Below the pieces are notes generated by a model. The model saw only the letters and a program-made list of their open reading frames with translations, was not told the origin of the DNA and searched no databases. DNA of 64,000 bases from Octopus sinensis (lineage: Eukaryota), in contig NC_043024.1 in NCBI RefSeq assembly GCF_006345805.1, positions 6,572,001 to 6,636,000 on the forward strand. The letters are read 5' to 3'. Shown here piece after piece: positions 57,482 to 64,000 of this stretch (the stretch's first letter is position 1; every line of letters begins with the position of its first letter). Both the position numbers and the translations under genes were made by a program.

Positions 57482-59159
57482 GCCGTCCACCAGTACCTCC
57501 GTCGTGGGACGCTGGACAGACGGCCCGGTTGAGTTGCTCGGGGTCTGGTTCGGTCCGGACCTCCAAATGGAGAAGAACTGGAACGAGATAACGAGTAGGG
57601 TGGTCACTCTCGCCCAGCAATGGGCCGAGAGGAAACTGTCCCTAAAAGGTCGGGCGGAGGTGGTGAACGCGTACATCGCGTCCATCATCTACTACCGCCT
57701 GACCGTCGTACCTTGTCCCGACCCTACCATCACCAAACTAGAACGCATCCTCTTCCGCTTCTTGTGGAAAGGATGCGTCCCGATGGTCAGGCGATCCATT
57801 TGCTGTCACCCGTTAAAAGGAGGGCTGGGCATGCCGTGGTTGATGATGCGCCAGACACGCGCTGAGACTGCGACATCTCCGGCTCTATGTAGACGACGGT
57901 GAACAGGTGTGGTCGCCGTTGTGAGGCACGCATTCCCGCCACTCGTCTCCATGACCGAACTACAGTCGTGGATCAAAAAGAGGCCGAAGAAGGGCGAATG
58001 GCACCGCGAGTGTCGCGTTGCTCTCAAGCAACTCTGCCGTCCCGGGTCGACCTTGAGTGACTTCAACACAACCAAAGCATTCTATAGGGGATTAGTGGAG
58101 GGGAGGTATGACGACGAGCTCGGGGCAAACCTGGGCGTCGACGAGGAATACCTGACCCGCCTGTTTCAAACGACTTTCGGCCCGGGACCTATGGACAACT
58201 TCCAGAGATCCCTGGCCTGGCGGTGCTACCGAGAAGTGCTACCCGTTCGGGATAAGCTCTATAGGCATGGCTCGAGAAAACGGGGCCGACCTGCCCGAGA
58301 TGCGGGCAGAGCGACGAAACCGCTCTGCACGCAATCGTGCAGGGTCCAGCAATTTCCCACCTGTGGGCTTATGTCGAACGACTGCTGTCACGTGTGGGAC
58401 GTGTCGGTTTATCAGCCGAGTCTATCGTTAATATCGTCACGCCTCCTTCCTTCAAACGGGAAGGAAGAGCTATTTTTATCATACTTGTGGCTATGGCGAA
58501 AGAATGTATCTGGTGGACGCGTCTGAAAGGATTAGAGACAAACACTTTCCTCTCTGGTCAATCTCTCATCAACTTCTTCAAGTATCACTTGAAGAAAAAG
58601 TGAGAGTAGAGAGGCAAGTTTTGTCTAGTGAATGTTTTAAAAAAGATGGGTGAATGTAGCAAGGATGGCACGTATGAATGACGAAGCCACCTTGACTATG
58701 ATTCTATGAACCGTAAAAATTAATACAGAGAGTTGCTTATTTGCAAAAAAAAAAAAAAAAAAAAGAAATATAACATGTGACTTCATTGACCGAGGTTACC
58801 GTGGTCTTTTCCGTAGGCTTTCTATCCACGGGTAAACCTCACCTGTCCCCCCCTTTACACTTCATATTGACATTTCTGTGATAACGATCCCTATTGATCA
58901 ATTTTTTTTCCTCTCCCCCTTTTTTTTTTAACCCCCCCTTTTTTTTTTTTTTGTCCTCCTCTCCTTTTACGATCCCTTTTGATCGACCCCCCCTTTTTTA
59001 TTTTATTTTATTTTATTTTATTTTTTTCTTATTTTTTTTATTTATTTATTTTTTTTTTAATATTTTTTTTTTTTTTTTTTTTTTAAACCTTCAAAAGAAA
59101 AGCTCTACCTTGTAATTTGTTCTATCTGTGTGCAGCCCTGTGTGGCTAATAAAGAAACA
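57481..59159 (+). mobile_element. Tx1/L1-clade copy C, 5'-truncated after the RT core
   Basis: Highly similar to 55728-57350. It starts directly after (TATC)n and ends AATAAAGAAACA|TATC. Confidence 0.93.
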
Positions 59160-59184
59160 TATCTATCTATCTATCTATCTATCT

Positions 59185-59986
59185 AAACACGGGGCCGACC
59201 TGCCCGAGATGCGGGCAGAGCGACGAAACCGCTCTGCACGCAATCGTGCAGTGTCCAGCAATTTCCCACCTGTGGGCTTATGTCGAACGACTGCTGTCAC
59301 GTGTGGGACGTGTCGGTTTGTCAGCCGAGTCTATTGTTAATATCGTCACGCCTCCTTCCTTCAAACGGGAAGGAAGAGCTATTTTTATCATACTTGTGGC
59401 TATGGCGAAAGAATGTATCTGGTGGACGCGCTGAAAGGATTAGAGACAAACACTTTCCTCTCTGGTCAATCTCTCATCAACTTCTTCAAGTATCACTTGA
59501 GGAGGAAAGTGAGAGTAGAGAGGCAAGTTTTGTCTAGTGAATGTTTTAAAAAAAGATGGGTGAATGTAGCAAGGATGGCACGTATGAATGACGAAGCCAC
59601 CTTGACTATGATTCTATGAACCATAAAAATTAATACAGAGAGTTGCTTATTTGCAAAAAAGAAAAATAAAAGAAAGAAATATAACATGTGACTTCATTGA
59701 CCGAGGTTACCGTGGTCTTTTCCGTAGGCTTTTCTTTCCACGGGTAAACCTCACCCGTCCTCCCCTTTACACTTCATATTGACATTTCTGTGATAACGAT
59801 CCCTATTGATCAATTTTTTTTCCTCTCCCCCTTTTTTAACCCCCCTTTTTTTTGTTCTCTTTCTCTCCTTTTACGATCCCTTTTGATCGAACACACCTCC
59901 CTTTTTTTTTTTTACCTTCAAAAGAAAAGCTCTACCATGTAATTTGTTCTATCTGTGTGCAGCCCTGTGTGGCTAATAAAGAAACA
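59185..59986 (+). mobile_element. Tx1/L1-clade copy D, 5'-truncated just before the zinc finger
   Basis: Starts AAACACGGGGCCGACC after (TATC)n and ends AATAAAGAAACA|TATC. It shares diagnostic 3' variants with copy C. Confidence 0.93.
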
Positions 59987-60011
59987 TATCTATCTATCTA
60001 TCTATCTCTCC

Positions 60012-60050
<39 letters not shown>

Positions 60051-60068
60051 CATCCATCTATCAGTCTG

Positions 60069-60132
<64 letters not shown>

Positions 60133-60144
60133 GCTATCTATCTA

Positions 60145-60176
<32 letters not shown>

Positions 60177-60459
60177 ACTATCTATCTATCTATCTATCTA
60201 TCAGCCTATCTGCTTACCTATATTTCTATCTATCTATCTCCATTGTCATGGAACCCCACCCTAAAAAGCAAAAGTAGTGTTCTTTTCTAAACAAATCCCC
60301 CCAAAAAACATCTGTTTTATATAAATGAACAAGCTGTTTGTACATTCACAACATTTTATTTGACAAGTTTTAGAAACAAACGAAAGTACTAATAATGATA
60401 AAGAAACAAAAAAAATTTTTTCTCAATATTCAATTTCACACCTAACACTCTATACATAC

Positions 60460-60870
60460 ATGTATACATATACATATAGATATATACACATACATATATA
60501 TGTATATATACATATATACACATACATATAGATATATACACACATATATATATATATACATACATATATGCACATACATATAGATATATACACACACATA
60601 TATATATATACATACATATATACATATACATATAGATATATACACACACATATATATATACATACATATATACACATGCATATAGATATATACACACACA
60701 TATATATATACATACATATATACACATGCATATAGATATATACACACACACATATATATATACATATATACACATACATATAGATATATACACACATATA
60801 TATATATACATACATATATACACATACATATAGATATATACACCCACATATATATACATATATACATATA
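60460..60870. repeat. About 50-bp higher-order minisatellite built from AT/AC repeats (about 8 units)
   Basis: The anchor TAGATATATACAC recurs roughly every 50 nt. Confidence 0.85.
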
Positions 60871-61030
60871 CACGCATCACACTCCCCCCCCCACACACAC
60901 ACACACATAGCAAGAGAGAGAGAGAGAGAGAGATAGAGAGACTGAAGGAAGATAATAGTCAGACACAGAAAGTTGAAAGCTAAGAGAGTCAGGGAGCCCA
61001 TTTGTCCATGTGTGAGTGTATGTGTGTGTT

Positions 61031-61086
<56 letters not shown>

Positions 61087-62257
61087 TTTAAGAAACTAAG
61101 TCACTTTATCTCCTCCTCCTGCCATTGCGTGTCGAGATGCCCTTACCATTCCGTCACCATGACATCACAAAATATTTGACAAAATAGTTCAAAGACGTAT
61201 TAATATGCAAAAAGGCAAGACCCCATTTTGTGAGTGGGGACAATTCTAAATTTATTTTATTCTATGTTATTTTCTTTCATTAATTAAAAAACATTTTTTT
61301 CTTGCATTCAGATGATGTGTGAAAGAATGGTAGCAATTGGTAGGGAAGTCTTTAATGGCTTAAGTCATAGGACTGACCATACTGGAGCAATGTCTTCGAG
61401 GATTTAGCTGAGTGGTTCTCAACCACGTGCAATAAATCGGTCACGCTTCTACAAAACATAAAATATTTTAAGAATTTTCTGTGCAATTCCTAAAGGAGTT
61501 TAATTACAAAAATCTAAAAGGATTTTTAAAACATTGGATGGCTTAAAATAAGAATTGAAGGGGTCCGTAGGTAAAGAATGGATAAGAACTATTACTCTTA
61601 GGTATATATAATCTAACAAAAGCATGTATAAGAGTTAACTAGATGCAGTGGTTCTCAACTGGGGTCCATATGGCCCTGGGTGGGGGCACATAAGATTTTG
61701 TTGCTGGAGTTTATGAGCAATAAATTGGTTATGCTTGTACAATGCATAAAATATTTTAACAATTTTTTAATGCAAAAAGTGGCTGTGTGGTAAGTAGCTT
61801 GCTTACCAACCACATTGGATCAAGCTGGATGGCAAGCAAAAGTGTGGAGTGGAGTGAAAGGTTTTGAGGAAGCCAGGATGACACATGCAAGACTCAAGAG
61901 AGATTTAACGAAGAATGTTGCGATTGAGAAGGTGAATCTCAGAGACTTTTTTGTGTGCAATAGTTCACGACAGACCATACCTTTCTTTTGCTGTGCTCAA
62001 ATTTCATTTGTGAACCCATAAAATAACAAACCTCCACCACTTCTCTGCCTATATTTCTATGCACATCTTTCAATGCTGTGTATGCCATAAGGTCTGTGAA
62101 TCTAACGAAGGCCTCGAAAGACATTTTGAGATCCATTAAGATCAGAACTTAACTGCAGCTCTTGGTGGTCCAGATGTGATATGCAATCTATGTGGGTGTC
62201 TGGTGTAAAAAGCCACATCAGATGCCATGATGGAGCTAAGGTGTAAGTACAACCATG

Positions 62258-62298
<41 letters not shown>

Positions 62299-62318
62299 GC
62301 ATGGTTGTTGTCTACTCC

Positions 62319-62883
62319 TTATGCAGAGTCTGACCACCTCTTGTACTTACACCTTATGCATGCCTTTCCTCCCTTGGACACAAAGACCTGTTGAGGCAAG
62401 CAAAGTCGATATCGAACCTCATCCGACGACAGGCACCCATGCCAACCCCCTTTGCTTACGAAGACATGTTGGGGCAGGTGAAATCGAAATCGATATCGAA
62501 ATTGAACCAATTCTATGACTGGCAGCCGGCAGATGCCAGGACCCCTGGACTGGTGGTACGTAAAAAGCACTATCTGACTTGTGGCCGATGCCAGCGCCGC
62601 CTCGACTGGCTTCCGTGCCGGTGGCACGTAAAGTGCACCAATCCGACCGTGGCCATTGCCAGCCTCGCCTGGCACCTTTGCGGGTGGCACGTAAAAAGCA
62701 CCCACTACACTCACGGAGTGGTTGGCGTTAGGAAGGGCATCCAGCTGTAGAAACATTGCCAGATAAGACTGGAGCCTGGTGCAGCCTTCTGGCTTCCCAG
62801 ATCCCCGGTCGAACCGTCCAACTCATGCTAGCATGGAAAACGGACGTTAAACGATGATGATGATGATAATGATGATGATGATG

Positions 62884-62885
<2 letters not shown>
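62319..62885 (+). mobile_element. Young family D / RTE 3' region copy
   Basis: Its 3' part is nearly identical to the reverse complement of 39690-39880, with a (GAT)n tail. Confidence 0.85.
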
Positions 62886-62930
<45 letters not shown>

Positions 62931-63133
62931 TCTTTTACTTGTTTCATCTGGAGCACTGCCTTTAGTCAAACAAATCAACCCCAGGACTTATTCTTTGTAA
63001 CCCTAGTACTTATTCTATCGGTCTCTTTTTGCTGAATCGCTAAGTTACAGGGACGTAAGCACACCAGCATCAGTTTTCAAGCGATGGTGGAGGGACAAAC
63101 ACACACACACAAACATATATATATGTGTGTGAG

Positions 63134-63185
<52 letters not shown>

Positions 63186-63387
63186 TCTTTTACTTGTTTC
63201 ATCTGGAGCACTGCCTTTAGTCAAACAAATCAACCCCAGGACTTATTCTTTGTAACCCTAGTACTTATTCTATCGGTCTCTTTTTGCTGAATCGCTAAGT
63301 TACAGGGACGTAAGCACACCAGCATCAGTTGTCAAGCGATGGTGGAGGGACAAACACACACACACAAACATATATATATGTGTGTGA

Positions 63388-63390
<3 letters not shown>
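62931..63390 (-). repeat. Direct tandem duplication (about 255-bp period) of a SINE A tail
   Basis: 62931-63134 and 63185-63390 are near-identical and share the same internal deletion (GTTTCA^TCTGGAGC). (TA)n separates them. Confidence 0.9.
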
Positions 63391-63425
<35 letters not shown>

Positions 63426-63590
63426 CGGGCTTCTTTCAGTTTCCATCTACCAAATCCACTCACAAGGTTTTGGTCGGACCGAGACTATAGGAGAAGACAC
63501 TTGCCCAAGGTGCCATGCAGTGGGACTGAACCCAGAACCATGTGGTTGGTAAGCAAGCAACTTACCACACAGCCACTCCTGCACACATAC

Positions 63591-63770
63591 AGTCATAAGC
63601 TAAAGTCATTCCATCATCTGAGAAAAGAGTTGCATGAAAACAATGCTGAAAGAATGGAGAAAATTTATAAAGCAACAAAAACAATTTTGCACCTGGAGAT
63701 CCAGGTGTTTGCAGAACTAATTTGGTATGTTGATAGAAAGGCTGTAACAATTGTTGCAATGTGGTTTTAT
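63591..63770 (-). CDS. Candidate internal exon (180 nt, phase 1-1) of an unidentified minus-strand gene
   Basis: Acceptor ttgctttttcatgttcatAG and donor ACT|GTATGT. Open frame KTTLQQLLQPFYQHTKLVLQTPGSPGAKLFLLLYKFSPFFQHCFHATLFSDDGMTLAYD. Confidence 0.5.
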
Positions 63771-64000
63771 CTATGAACATGAAAAAGCAAAATGCAATCT
63801 TTGACATAAAATGGGGTTTATAATAATTATCAAAGACTAAGATATCATAGTGTTTGATGATCAAAGGATTTTTGGGGGTTTTGTGCTTTTTTTTTGTCTT
63901 TCCTTTATTTGTGGCAAATGGAGTTATTTATAGAAGTTGTGGAATGTCTGGTTGAAATAAGGTGAAAGTGATATTAAAAAAAATAATAAAGATAGCAGGT

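Noticed and set aside
61940-62240. Minus-strand acceptor (tacaccttAG, about 62238) and two overlapping short ORFs
   Set aside because: Every frame from the acceptor hits a stop before any credible donor.

Overview
AT-rich, repeat-dense eukaryotic DNA, most likely a cephalopod (octopus-type) genome. This is inferred from the tRNA-derived SINE families, the dense microsatellites and the tiny exons; it was not confirmed by any search. There is one clear protein-coding gene, a single-exon 659-aa F-box/leucine-rich-repeat (FBXL-type) ORF at 20130-22109 (+). A second, unidentified gene probably runs on the minus strand as short exons with canonical splice sites (about 14.6, 12.7, 5.1 and 3.1 kb). 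A further minus-strand exon lies at 63.6-63.8 kb, and a CpG-rich region at 15.4-17.3 kb may be a divergent promoter. The rest is mostly mobile DNA: four tRNA-derived SINE families, RTE, R4/Dong, Tx1/L1 and APE-LINE fragments, Penelope-like elements (PLEs), and mariner, Tc1/maT, pogo and hAT remnants. Three observations stand out. (1) Independent Tx1-clade copies are stacked in one (TATC)n microsatellite with an identical 3' junction, and related elements sit in (TCA)n, (TAA)n and (CATA)n. (2) A palindrome with arms of about 200 bp carries a near-canonical hammerhead ribozyme core on each strand, and several more PLE-type hammerhead motifs occur across the window. (3) Long fold-back structures are unusually frequent. 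Repeat boundaries were read by eye and are approximate (about 10-20 nt). Most short ORFs in the supplied track are microsatellite or SINE artefacts.
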